64,000 nucleotides of DNA, from positions 12,710,001-12,774,000 of the forward strand of contig CM102290.1 in assembly GCA_046563655.1 (NCBI GenBank), read 5' to 3'. The notes beneath the pieces are model-generated. The model was not told where the DNA came from, did not search any database, and saw nothing but the letters and a program-made list of their open reading frames with translations. Positions 1 through 12,022 of the stretch are shown here, one piece after another; the stretch's first letter is position 1, and every line of letters begins with the position of its first letter. The position numbers were made by a program, and so were the translations under genes. This stretch comes from Yuukianura sp. NJ FZ-2021. Taxonomy: Eukaryota.

Positions 1-7
1 CGAAGGT

Positions 8-80
8 GCAGTGTTGCCGACATTTGTAAGCGGATGCAGTGTTGCATACATTGGTAATGTAGGTGCAGAGTTGCCGACTT
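8..80. repeat. Degenerate ~28-bp tandem repeat (GCAGTGTTGCC..), 3 units
   Basis: GCAGTGTTGC / GCAGTGTTGC / GCAGAGTTGC recur at ~28-bp spacing. Confidence 0.6.
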
Positions 81-650
81 TTTGAATTCGCGCTTATTGT
101 TTTCGCTCTAATGACCTGCACCCTTTCTTTTATTCCTAGATATTGGAGCAGCACAATTACAAACTTGTCACGCCTTTGTTATGTTCAAGTGCTTTTTTTG
201 CTTATAAGGTTATGTGTTTTCTTCGGTGTCGTGCACTATTAAAAAGGAGCATACTTTCACTTTGAGCCTTAAAAAGTCCTCTATGTGCTTCATTTCCTTT
301 GAATTCATTTTGGAAAACTTAGGAGGAACGGAAGTGTAGTAGGCAGCAAGGCTGTTTTAGAATTCTGGAAGGATTTTCCGTGGACTTTTAAGGTGATGCA
401 CTTAAGGACTCGGGACCTTATAAATACCAAAGTACTTTGGTTCCTTTCATCGATTTCCAACCTTCAAGTTAGGTTAGCGTAAGGGCAGAAGAGTCAGAGT
501 GGAAATTTGGTTCAAGTGACTCTTCAATTCCCTCCTGAATTTCCTGTTTCCAAACCCTCACCATCCAATTCCCAGAGGAAATGTTGTGGACAATGTTCAA
601 TTAGTTAATCAAACTCAATAAATGTGTTTCCAACACGAGTCAATTCCTTG

Positions 651-700
651 AGCACTTCGTTCGGAAAACATCGTCTGTGGGTTCGATTCCTACACAGGGC
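651..700 (+). repeat. tRNA-derived fragment (T-arm/B-box), possible SINE remnant
   Basis: GTGGG-TTCGATT-CCTAC stem-loop containing GGTTCGATTCC; no complete cloverleaf. Confidence 0.4.
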
Positions 701-863
701 GGGTGAAAACGTCAAAAAGGGAGGTATGGATTTTATAAGTGTTTGAATAATTTGTTACGGAGTTTCACTTGTAAAGACAAAGGCATGACAGTGTCCTCCA
801 AATTTTAGGTGTCAAAAGTCGCCTGTTAAGTTTTTTTTTTCAAAAACTTTGAACTGCTGACCC

Positions 864-1087
864 CAAGGTTCGTAAACAAAAAGAAAACTTCTTTTACACC
901 AGGTTGTCCAATAACTCGAAGCAGAAGTTGTTTGAAAGTAGGAATCTGCCTTTCTATTGTAATTTTTTTTTTGCATGTAATCTAAATGGGATTGGTGCTA
1001 AAAGTTATTTGAAACAAGATTTTTGGAAACCCTGAGTTATTGGACAACCTGTTGTAGGAAATACAATTCGGTTGTCAATGAACCTTG
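864..1087. mobile_element. CAAGGTT-MITE subfamily A (short form)
   Basis: TIR CAAGGTTC/GAACCTTG; subterminal IR CAGGTTGTCCAATAACTC/GAGTTATTGGACAACCTG; no clear TSD. Confidence 0.9.
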
Positions 1088-1921
1088 GTCCCTGGGAACA
1101 CTCTCCCCACCCCCGCAAAAGTTGAATAAACAAAGGAAAGTTGTTGAAGTAAGAGAGACATGGAGGAGGATCCGAAGTTGAGTAACTCCGCTATGCTCCT
1201 GGCCCCATTTTCACTTTCTCGGGAGAAAACATAACTTTGACTTTTGGTTTTGTTTTCAGAACAACCAGAAAACCGTCTGTCTCTTTCCAAAAAGAAAACA
1301 CTGTGCAGCCTAGTGTGTAAACAGGAGTTGCATAGGCGGCTAAAGACAGGGCGGGAGATGGAAAGTGTGTAGTGATGCTGCCGGGAGGAAAGAAAGCGGA
1401 GCCTCATTTGGAAGAAGATCTTCCGGGAAACCTCACACCATCAAGCCCAGGGTTAACATTAAACTTTTAAGCGTAATGGACACTTGGAAGGACCTAGGTT
1501 TAGTCCAAGGAGACACGAAGCCATAAGACTAACGTTTCAGTACGAGTCAATTGCCTAATTCTGCACAACGACCTCTTGACAAAACAATTGCCACTCCCTA
1601 AATAATTCCACTCTCCTGTCCTTCTAGGGAAACAAAAGTCTAGCTTGTTTTTTAGATTAACAATTCGTTTTGACGCTAGTTTTTGTCAAACTAGTCTCCT
1701 TTGCCATCAGTAGCTCCATTTCTAACAGAAATCGTAATGCCCTTTTTTCAAAACCTGTTTTTTGAAAACAATCTGAGCAGTTTTCAAAAAAACAACCACA
1801 TTTTAAGTAACTTCAAAATTGAATTACACCAATTTCTGATTTGTCTAGAGATTTTTTTAATCCTATTTTTTTTATTTTGTAATAATTTTAATAACTTTGC
1901 TTTTGCAGTAACACTTTTCAT

Positions 1922-2234
1922 CAAGGTTCGTAAACAAAGAAAATGTTTTTTCTACAACAGGTTGTCCAGTAACTCGGGTTTTCAATTTTTTGCCAAAATT
2001 TTTAAAAACCAAATGGGTTAAACTTCGCCTCCATTTCTATGACAATTTTTGAATTCTTTTTTTCACTTTTATTTTTGATTCCTATGCGATTTCAAATGTT
2101 CACGGCTTGAAAAAAATGAGAAAAATATATAAACAAAATTGGTGCTAAAAGCTGTTTCAAGCAAGAATTTTGAAAACTCTGAGTTATTTGATAACCTGTT
2201 GTATGAAATACAATTCCGTTGTCAAGTAACCTTG
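1922..2234. mobile_element. CAAGGTT-MITE subfamily A (long form)
   Basis: TIRs plus subterminal IR; perfect 8-bp TSD CTTTTCAT. Confidence 0.92.
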
Positions 2235-2358
2235 CTTTTCATCGTCGTTCTGCAATAAGTCAAAACCGAAACGAGAAATTGGCGGTGAAAGGTTTGACAA
2301 GTAGAACAATTTTTTTTTGGTAAGTAGAAAGAAATTGAATTGAAAGGGAAGCCTTTAC

Positions 2359-2606
2359 CTGTCGTGCGCGTGCGCCGTCCCCCTCAAAATGAAGAAACGG
2401 CGTCTGAGTGTGGTCCAGATGAACAATTTTCTCAGTTTCATCGAAGAAGATGATGATGATTTGGAAAGTAGTAGAGGAACTGCTGGGTGGAGACTCGGCT
2501 GATGATGATGAGAGGGAAGAAGCTCCAGCAGCACAAGATTTCTTCATTTGTTGGACAAATTCTAGAAGAACTTTTGTGAATTCTTTTGACTTGGCTGATT
2601 GCATGT
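2359..2606 (-). CDS. NXN: Nucleoredoxin-like protein, coding exon 2 (first thioredoxin-like domain); later exons not found in the window
   Basis: Polypyrimidine acceptor TTCTCTTATTCTTTCCTTCTCTAG|AC joins exon 1 in frame (A+AC=Asn), giving GLYFANMQSAKSKEFTKVLLEFVQQM...FQIIIIFFDETE...TPFLHF. This matches the tryparedoxin/NXN pattern GLYFxxxxCxxCxxFTxxL...EIVFVSSD...PW. Phase-0 donor CAG|GTAAAG at 2358. Confidence 0.8.
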
Positions 2607-3044
2607 CTAGAGAAGGAAAGAATAAGAGAAAGTCTCAAGTAAAAGAAGAAAGAAAGGAACATTTCCGTTCCTATTAGGAAACATTCTCAGCCTCATCATC
2701 CACACTCAAATTCTTCCTGGATCTGGATCCTATAAACACACATTTTACATCTAAACACTTTACTTTCACTTCCAAATCTTATGGCAACTCCAACTCACTT
2801 TCACAAAACTCCCTTAACTTTCCTAAGCTCCTGCTAATGAGCAACAACTTTTTCTTAAATTTAAAATACACCGCTTCCCGTTTTTCCTGTACACGAAACT
2901 TTTTGGAATTAGAAGTTTCCGAGTTGGACTTTCTCGACTAACTCCAACGCCAACCACGTTTAGGAAATGTTTTGCGCCAAAAACATTTCCATCTTTGCAG
3001 ACAAAACATTTTATACGTAAGACGTTACGAGATACTTGCAATCA

Positions 3045-3420
3045 AAAAGTTTTTAAAACGTTTCGACCAAAATACTTGAACAATCAATCCAAAACCGTTT
3101 CGAACAAAACGCTTCAACAATCGTCACAAAAACGTTTCGACCATAACTCACACAAAAACAAACTGTTTTAAAAACGTTTCGGACGAAACTCTTCAAGGTA
3201 TATACGCATAGCGCTTCAGCATAAAAGGTTTTAAAACGTTTTAACTAAAAACGTTGTGAAAACGTTTCGAAAAAAGTTTTAGCCGTAGAACGTTTTATGA
3301 CCCACAAGCCAAACGTTTTGGGCAAAAATCTTTGCAATATGCTCCGACACATCTTCAACATGTTTCAATCCAAGCAGAAACGTTTGAAGACGTTTCCATT
3401 AAAACGTTTAACAACATTTT
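3045..3420. repeat. Degenerate AAAACGTTT(CG) repeat tract in nucleoredoxin intron 1
   Basis: Many copies of the palindromic core AAACGTTT and its variants. Confidence 0.75.
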
Positions 3421-3429
3421 TGGACATAC

Positions 3430-3568
3430 TTGCAAAGTAGAGGCCTACGGTGGTCGAATCCAATTGGTCCTGTGTTAAGTCCACAGTCATCCACTCATCG
3501 TTTTCATCGCCTTCCGCTCGTCTTCGTCCAAACTTCGACCCAATGAGTTTTATTAATGAGCCACTCAT
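3430..3568 (-). CDS. NXN: Nucleoredoxin-like protein, coding exon 1 (MSGSLIKLIGSKF...TVGLYFA)
   Basis: ATG at 3568. The translation resembles the nucleoredoxin N-terminus (MSGxLxxLxGxK...GLYF, recalled from vertebrate NXN). It ends at a phase-1 donor GCA A|GTATGT (intron starts at 3429). Confidence 0.8.
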
Positions 3569-5073
3569 CTTCCGACACGCTTCGCCCTACCACTTCTTTT
3601 GGCGCTGATTCACAATTTTTTTGATTTCACAAATTCCACAAACTTTTTCCTTTGGACTTTTTCCTGGAAGTGGAGAAAGTTTCACAGACTGTTGAATCCA
3701 AGACTCTGGACGGGTGACTGCCCGCCTTTTGCTGCAGTTCTCTCTTCAACGAAAAGTAAATGATGATGATTGGCGGCTTTGAAGTGGGAAATGGCACTGC
3801 GGCAACGGCTGATCCTCCAGCACTCCGGCTTGTGTCGTAATGAAGAACTTTTAAGCACTTTTCCCTATCATACCCACTGTCGGGTCATTTGACTCCTCTA
3901 GCACTTCAATTACGAGGCAACCTCTGGTCAACTACCCGCAAAAGTTTGAACTTAAGCAGAACTGGAAGGGTGGGAGATACACGGGGTGAGTCACACTGGA
4001 TTTCCCTCGAAAACACGGCAGCGGGAAGGGGAAATCTTCCAGATTAAATCCAGGAACTCAAAAAAAATGGAGGGCTGGGGATTTAAACTCGTCTGTGACA
4101 AACTTGTACGCAAATTTGCGGGCGAAAAAATATTCACTTTCTCCGATTTCAGCAAATCTTGATTTTTACTAGCACGGCAATTTGACGTTTAGATTGGTGT
4201 GAACCCGGCTTTTCAAAAAACTTATATTTTTGACAAAAAAAATGGGTTTCTGGCGTTTCACGTAACCTTGTCCTGTGCGTACTCGATGAATAGCAAAACG
4301 TTTCGTGTGCTGTTAACCCGTACACATTTGTTCTGTTTAAGTTTAAACTTAGGCTTCGTTGAACTAATAAACAAACCGCGCCCATTGACTTGTTCAGGGA
4401 CCCCGCTGTCTCCCCAATCGAAAACACCGAATCGGTGGACTCGTACTGTATTCACACGCATTTTGTTCCTTGCAGAGCTTAGCTTACGCAAAACCGTCTC
4501 CCGTTGCAGTGCTTTCCACCCTTGCTCAACTTGCACCATTTTCACGCCCAGATTCCAGCCACCCTCCCGCCATTATTTTGAAAAGGCCATGAGACGATCT
4601 GAAGTCCCCTCCATTCCCCTGCCTTATCACTTCCACCAGAACGTTCACTTTCATTTTGAGCCAAATAGCTAACACACAAGGCCTTGTGGCACAGAGCCTC
4701 CGAGTCAGTTAATGTACTGGAAGGAATCTGTATTTCTATCATGTAATCATGATCAACTTATCAAATGATTTCTTGTATTTCTTCTACTAACTTAGCACTT
4801 GGCTTCCGGCACTCTGGGTCTACGCCAAGTACACAAGTCCACACACACTAGTTCTACCAGCACGGCTGCAGTTCTTTATGAAATTGTTAAATGGCGGGAA
4901 AGTGGCTGAGAGGACGACATTGGCTCAATTCAAATGGTTCAACACTAGTGGATTCACTTGTTTGGTAGGAAAAACTTTGATAAGGGTATGCTACTTGAAA
5001 TGCTTCGGCAATAATTGGTTCAACAAGAAATTTGAGTCACAAATGTTTAAGTCGTTTTTGATTTGATATGCTT

Positions 5074-6149
5074 TATAGAGCAAATTATAGAATATAAATA
5101 TAGATTCTATATTCATATTAAGCGATTGTCATCGGACTGGTGGCAATCGAAAGGTATTCATATTATCTTGACCCTTTTTCAATGGTTTTGTGATTTGTGG
5201 TCATTTTTTTGAGGTCACCGCTTGACCTTATCATAGACAGCCCCATGCAAGTACTATCTTATTGGAAAGGACCTGGTAAGCTGATTCAGAACATATATAA
5301 TTTATAGAAGAATTTGTGGAAGAATTGGTAATTCCAAAAATGATAAACTGCGCAGTTTATGCGCAGTTTGTGCGCAGTTGCGCAGTTTGTGCGCAGTTTG
5401 TGCGCAGTTGCGCAGTTTGTGCGCAGTTGCGCAGTTTGTGCGCAGTTGCGCAGTTTGTGCGCCGTTGCGCCCTTGCGCAGTTGCGCAGTTTGTGCGCAGT
5501 TGCGCAGTTTGTGCGCAGTTGCGCAGTTTGTGCGCAGTTGCGCAGTTTGTGCGCAGTTGCGCAGTTTGTGCGCAGTTGCGCAGTTTGTGCGCCGTTGCGC
5601 CCTTGCGCAGTTGCGCAGTTTGTGCGCAGTTGCGCAGTTTGTGCGCAGTTGCGCAGTTTGTGCGCCGTTGCGCCCTTGCGCAGTTGCGCAGTTTGTGCGC
5701 AGTTGCGCAGTTTGTGCGCAGTTGCGCAGTTTGTGCGCAGTTGCGCAGTTTGTGCGCAGTTGCGCAGTTTGTGCGCAGTTGCGCAGTTTGTGCGCAGTTG
5801 CGCAGTTTGTGCGCAGTTGCGCAGTTTGTGCGCAGTTGCGCAGTTTGTGCGCAGTTGCGCAGTTTGTGCGCAGTTGCGCAGTTTGTGCGCAGTTGCGCAG
5901 TTTGTGCGCAGTTGCGCAGTTTGTGCGCAGTTGCGCAGTTTGTGCGCAGTTGCGCAGTTTGTGCGCAGTTGCGCAGTTTGTGCGCAGTTGCGCAGTTTGT
6001 GCGCAGTTTGATATTCTGAGTTTGATATTCATATAAACTCATTATTTGTAATATTCTTCGTGTAAACTGTGCAATAAGAGCGCTTCCATATTTCAAAATA
6101 TGGAATATAAATACAGAATCTATACTTATATTCTATAGTTCGCTCTATG
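5074..6149. mobile_element. Non-autonomous TIR element (~45-bp TIR, (C)ATAGAG...CTCTATG) carrying a minisatellite
   Basis: ATAGAGCAAATTATAGAATATAAATATAGATTCTATATTCATATT (5075-5119) is the near reverse complement of AATATAAATACAGAATCTATACTTATATTCTATAGTTCGCTCTAT (6104-6148). No TSD seen. Confidence 0.75.
5349..6010. repeat. 19-bp CpG-rich minisatellite (GCGCAGTTTGT+GCGCAGTT), ~35 units
   Basis: Directly visible tandem array, with a variant block GCCGTTGCGCCCTT at 5461, 5591 and 5664. Confidence 0.98.
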
Positions 6150-7799
6150 TTTCGGTTTGCAATTACTCTCTAATATGTTCAAAAACAAAAGTAGGTATAT
6201 CTTGGCTTAAAAGTTATATTGGCCAAACTTGACAGTTGATCCAATTTCAGTTGAACCAATTGCATGTTGATCCTTTGAATGTAGCCAAGACCTTTGTTAA
6301 AGAAAGTTTTAGGCTTGAAGGAGAAAAGTGGAGTCGTGCTGAATTGGAGTAGGACTGTGGGGCTGTGTCGTGCCTCAAATTGTTTCAATTTCTTTTGTTT
6401 CCACTTTCTCTGGCTCTCCCTTAATGCTAAGGGATGTGCAAGTCAGACAGAAGAGAGTATGGGCCTTTAGACTTCATTTCTTTTAAGAATTGAATTAGAG
6501 AGGAGCAGGAAAGTACAAAAATGAAAAGAAAGTCCTACTCTAAGTGAGGATTTTTTATTTGACTTTCGGTTTATAACCTCACTGAATATAAATCTCTTTT
6601 GTTTCTTCAACTTTCCAAAACCCAACAACCCTCTTCCTTCTTTTTAAAATCCAAAATCCTAATGTCAATTTTCTCTTCAAAAAAGAGGATTTCTGCAAGT
6701 AAGACTCAAGAAGGACATAAAAAAATTTTTGTGCTAAAACTGTAACTTTAGTCCCCTTGGACTTCCATTAGAGTGGAGACTACAAGGCTTTTAAGTCTTA
6801 CTGGTTTGCTGAGCCTCTAACATTTTTGTTGAATTGTTATAAGCGTAATTTAACTGCCAAAAGCACAAAAACCTCTAGACGATGCGAAAAAATGGAACAT
6901 GACGCTAGTTTTGGACATTTTTTTCACAAAAAGTGCGGAAACCGTAGTTGGCGTTACTAACACCACCATTACGGAACGCATCAAAAACCTGAAAACATGA
7001 ATTGTCCTTCATTCTTTTTGAAAATTCTAGCAGTACTTAGCATTCACGTTTTATGAGATTTTTTTTTGTAATTTTTGTTTTAGCTAGTGCTCAATTTCTA
7101 GTCATTTACTTATAAATTCTCGCCTGTTTTTTACTTTTTTGCTGTTTTCTGAATTCTTTTTTCTAAATTGGAAATTTTCTGAAAAAATACAGAGCGTTTT
7201 GCATGTTTTGGGTCATTTAGTGATTGACAGTATGTGAATTCCGTATCTCTTGAGTTGCGACTTGTTTGAGTTGAAAATGGAACTTTATGTCACAGCCTTT
7301 GCATGAAACTATATTTACGGTGGTTATGTTGGGCGGAGAGTGTTCGGAGCGACTAAAAGTTGCTGGAAAGTGTTTTATGTGAAGTTATAACTGGTGTAAA
7401 TTCATTGGTGACTGGGGAATAAATCATCAAGTGTCCAACTGTGCCTGTGACTCTGGAAGTACCACCTCCAGGAGCACTCGGAGTCAGTTGTTTTTGGGCG
7501 GGAAGTTTTAGAACAAAACGAAAGAATTATAACAATTTAGGGAAGAGGTTGTGCGAAGACAATGTGTCAAGAGTTCCACCCTCCAAAACTTTCCAAGGAA
7601 TGTGACAACTCAAGTTGGAAAAAGATAAGAGAAAAAAACAAAAGTGGAAATTTGTTACGTAATTACCGACGATTTGAAAATATTAGCTCCCGGGGAAAAA
7701 AAATTTGAAATAATTTTGAACCTGACATAACGCAATCTTGGCCCTGAAATAACCAAACGCCACAAATTGGCGCTGAATGTTAAGTTTCGTTAGCCATGT

Positions 7800-8087
7800 C
7801 AAGGTTTTTTAAATCGAAATTTTGTTTCCTTTTTGTTAACAGGTTCTACCATAACTCCTTTTCCCAAATTTTCAAATTTTTTGAAACGCACATGAAACGA
7901 AACGTCATCAATTCGAAATCAAAACTATGGCTCAGCATCGTGAAAATTAAAAAAATTCAATAAGATTATTGTGAAAATTAAAAAAATTGGTACAAAAGTT
8001 GTTGTTTTTTTTGTGTTTTTTTTTGAAACTGGAGTTATGACCTAACCTGTTAGCGTCTTTGGATAAATTGGCGCTATAGCAACCTTG
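7800..8087. mobile_element. CAAGGTT-MITE subfamily B
   Basis: TIRs; end GCGCTATAGCAACCTTG; TSD AGCCATGT/AGCCATAT. Confidence 0.88.
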
Positions 8088-10971
8088 AGCCATATAACTC
8101 ACCGTATGCGCTTGAAACCATCAAAAGCACAGGGTCAAAGTTCAGAAGTGGGAGAAACACTTTCTGTGGCACCACTGCGGTATTGACATTAGGTTAAAAT
8201 TCTGCTTGTACTCTTAAAATTTATCTTGGATCTGTTTGTTGATCTTGCTCCAGGACCTCTTTAGGTTAGGTTTGATTCCAAAAAGCATCAACTACAGTCC
8301 CAGTTGATTTTAGCATACGAATCCCGTGCCTCTCCGTTCGGGAGAAGTTGCATTTTAGAAACGTCTTTTGTTACCGTCACAGTACTTAATTCCTCTCAAC
8401 CCATAAAATTGTCAAAACCACAAAAGATTACTTTTAATACAAAGTGAACTGAGGACTTTCTCTTCCGATCAACCCAGTTGCAGCAGTAGTGTGCAGATAC
8501 ACTTAAAGCAACCCATTTAGCAACAAAGTCCTCATGATTTATTTTTTCCAGCCGCGTAGCACTATATTTTAGGAACAGGGAAAGCATAAACTCAAATAAA
8601 TTTGAGCAGCTCCCTCTGCCTGTCACGACAAGGAGAGGATTGGCTTTTGGGAAGTGTTTGTTGGTGGTACGGCGGGATTTTGAAACTGATTTATCAATTG
8701 AAGCATAAAGTTCGTTCTCAAGGCTCCATTCCTCATCCAATTGTCAATACGATTCACTTCCAACTTACTTCCAAAACCAAATCAAGTATAAACTTTCACT
8801 ACAAGACAAACTTTCACCAAGGCCTGCCTTTCTCTCAAATCTTCCTTTAGTTTATCACGACCAGCCGAATGGAGTCCTACTACTAGAAACTAGTCTTATT
8901 GTTAGCTTCACCTGCAAACCCCCATAAACTAAGCGAGTCGGTAGGATTCTGAAATGCGTTAGGCGGGAGCCCATAGTGACCGTTTCCAAATTTGAAATCT
9001 GGCTTCGAAAGTAGTCGTTAATGCGAACAAGAGAGGTCAAACAGCACAGTTTTCAAAAACAAAGTAAAAATTCGTGTGGTTTTATGAGCCCCATATTTTA
9101 AAAGAACGGTTAGCATGGCCTAGATTACGCTTGTGGGAAAAGTAGAGAATTGGCGAGCACATCCACAAGTAAGATTTCGTTTGATGTATTTTCATTTGAA
9201 CGGAGAATCCTTTTGGCTCTGCTCATAAAACAAGGCCCTACGACAATGACTGTCTTCCAAACTTTCAAAATCCATTAGGATTTGGAAGGAAAAAGAAGCT
9301 TTAAGGCCGCTGAGCACAAAAAGTTCTGGAACCTCGTAAAAAGAAGTTCCAACGACCTGCGTCTTGATTTTACACGCCAAACGGAGAAAGTACGTTGATT
9401 CTTAAGTGTTGCCTTTCAATGGGTCAAATGTGAGGAGGAATCAGGTATTTAACGAAACCAAAAATCAAGTTCATTCAAAAAATAATTCGTAAACCATACA
9501 GCAGTTTTTAAAAAAAAAATGCTGAATTAAATTGAATGCATTAAAATATAAACGTTTTTTATTTTACAAATAAAGTGTTACACAAGTAGATAGAAAAGTA
9601 GCGAGAGTAAGTAACCAATTTTCGTTTTTTTCGTAAAACTTCTTTTAATGTCTTTTCATATAAAAGAAAGTGTAGAAACTTTTTTCTATAAAAAAAATAT
9701 TAAAGAAACACCTATGACATTTGAGTTTTACGGACGGATGGACAGACGGACAAAACAAAATCAGTAAGTGCTTTCGGTGTACATGATAAATACTAAGGAA
9801 AAAATTTTTTTATCATAGTGTTTGAACAAATTAGATGAACCAGGAGTAACTTTATGCATACGTTTTTCAGTAACATAACATGATCAGTTTCCTTTCAAGC
9901 TGTAAATTGGAATAGTTGCGTGCGTGGTTGAATGTGAATCCCAAAATCCTGTAGAATTATGTACAAAGTTTGTCGATGTTGTTGGACGACGGTGTGAAAG
10001 TGGCGCGGTGACTTGCAACCTCCGCTTCCTTAATTCCTTTTGCTTTCTCTCCAAGGTGCAGTTACGAAGAGAAAGTTGCAGGAAAAGCGGCGCTAGTCGT
10101 CTCTTCCCGCCACTTTCCTCCACCTTAAAACAAACCAATAAAAGATGACACGGACGTGGTGACGAGGGAATAGTCAAAGTTTGAGATTGACTCACGCCTT
10201 CTTCCGCTAACAAAGTTTTCCCGCGCTAAACGACACCCATCTGACAGAATCTCGCTTAATCTCCAGCACACGCTCAAATGACATTGGCTTCTGGACTACC
10301 TACGCGGAACAAGCCACTTGAATATACGGCTAAAACGTATTGCTGGAAAGTCGCTTTAGATCTCCTCACCCGGCATTTTTTCCCGCCATTTCTACTTTGC
10401 CTCCGTTTCCACCTAAATTCAAATTAAACCATGTGCCTCGTTGCTGGTTTACTCCGACAACGCTCTGCTTTCACGTTTTGGTGCAAAGAATGGAAAGTTT
10501 TTTTTTTTCAAATCTAAAACCGTTTTCCAAAATTTCAAATTAGAATCGGCCAGCCACAAAGTTAATGAACCACCAACTCCAAACCGCCATTGCTCACGTC
10601 AAGCTTAGACTGCTACTGCCAAGTGTCAATTTGAACCTGCAGTTTGTACACCAAAAGTATTTGGAAAATTTTCAATTGTTTCGATGGAGAAAGCACCGCA
10701 CCAAATCCTCTTCCATTGTTATTTTTTAATTTTCATTTTCCATTTCCAAGCAAAACAAAAAGCTTCAAACGTCCGTTTTACCGCATGTCCGATTTGACAG
10801 TTTTAAAAAAACAGCAACGGCCAGACGAGTTGTTGATGTGGTTAATCTTTAATACAAACTTTAGAGGTCAACAAAGGTCATTTTGCAGCAGCGAAATGAA
10901 TTGAGCTGGAAGTGGATTGAAGGTCATAGGGAAGAGGTGGGGAAAGCAGAGCGAATGGACTATAGCTGCAG

Positions 10972-11264
10972 CAGTGTTGCTGGATATCCACTTTTACGAC
11001 ATTTCGTCCACTGCTGGATATCCAGTGGAAGAAATGGACGAAATGGATGAATCCAAAGAAGCGAAGCTTTAAACGCGGGGTTTGAATTAATTAAATAAAA
11101 ACTATTTTTGATATTATTTTGTAATTTTAAATTTGATTTTTTTTAATTTCGCGTTAAATTCTTAATTTCTTCCATCCACTAAAAGTTTCGTTTATTTCGG
11201 GTGCACTGTTTCCGGTGGAAGTGGCAATTGAAGCCACTGGACGTTTAAGCGTCCAGCAGCACTG
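10972..11264. mobile_element. Possible hAT-like MITE remnant
   Basis: CAGTGTTGCTGGA...TCCAGCAGCACTG terminal inverted repeat with repeated TCCAC/GTGGA motifs near both ends; no TSD. Confidence 0.45.
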
Positions 11265-11714
11265 GAAATAATGGTAGAGGATTGGATTGACCGTTTATTG
11301 GGAGGTTACGGTAGAAAAACAGGAGACTTCTGCCCTCACTTTTTAAATTTGGACACTTTCCAATCTAATGTAATGTTCTGCAAGAGCTGAAGCATTAGGC
11401 ATCTCCAATGTCCTCGCAGACCTTGCAACTTTGGCGAAATTCACTGCACTTTCTCCTTCGTCGACCTTGGAGTTTGATATTTTTATGTCCAGAAACATTT
11501 TTATGTCAAAATTTCAAAAAGCCTTCAAGCTGAGAACTATGTTAGTGCTAACGTGACGTCAGCTTTGGTCCAAATGTGGCGGAAATAAAAATTGACACCC
11601 TGAAAAAAAAAGTTTTTAAAAAATGGAAAATATTTTTCTTTGGAGTATTGGAATTCACAGTTTTTGTGATTACTCCTTTGTTTAGTTCCATTTTTGAAAA
11701 AAGGGTGGAAAAAT

Positions 11715-12022
11715 CAAGGGTCCTTGACAACGAAATTGAATTTCCTACAACAGGTTGTCCAATAACTCAGGGTTTTCAAAAATCTTGCTTCAAACAACTT
11801 TTAGCACTAATTTGGTTTATACAATATCCCTTTTTTTCACACTTAGAACACTTGAAATCGCTTAGTAATAAAATAAAAGCAGAAAAAAATTCAAAAATTG
11901 TCATAGAAATGGAGGCGAAGTTTAACCCGTTTGGTTTTTGAAAATTTTGGCAAAAAATTAAAAAACCCGAGTTATTGGACAACCTGATGTAGAAAGCACA
12001 GTTTCTTTGTTTACGAACCTTG
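11715..12022. mobile_element. CAAGGTT-MITE subfamily A (long form, opposite orientation to 1922 copy)
   Basis: TIRs, subterminal IR; TSD GGAAAAAT/GAAAAAAT. Confidence 0.9.

Noticed and set aside
651..700. Intact tRNA gene
   Set aside because: Only the T-arm folds; no acceptor stem or D-arm.
2359..2604. FERM-domain N-terminus suggested by FQIIIIFFDETEKIVHLD
   Set aside because: In-frame splicing to the GLYF exon fits nucleoredoxin much better.
5349..6010. Possible CRISPR array
   Set aside because: No unique spacers, no cas genes, eukaryotic context. The same applies to the 53766 and 42680 repeats.
5286..6096. Five 213-264 aa ORFs with Cys/Ala-rich repeats
   Set aside because: Artefacts of the stop-free 19-bp minisatellite; open in most frames on both strands.
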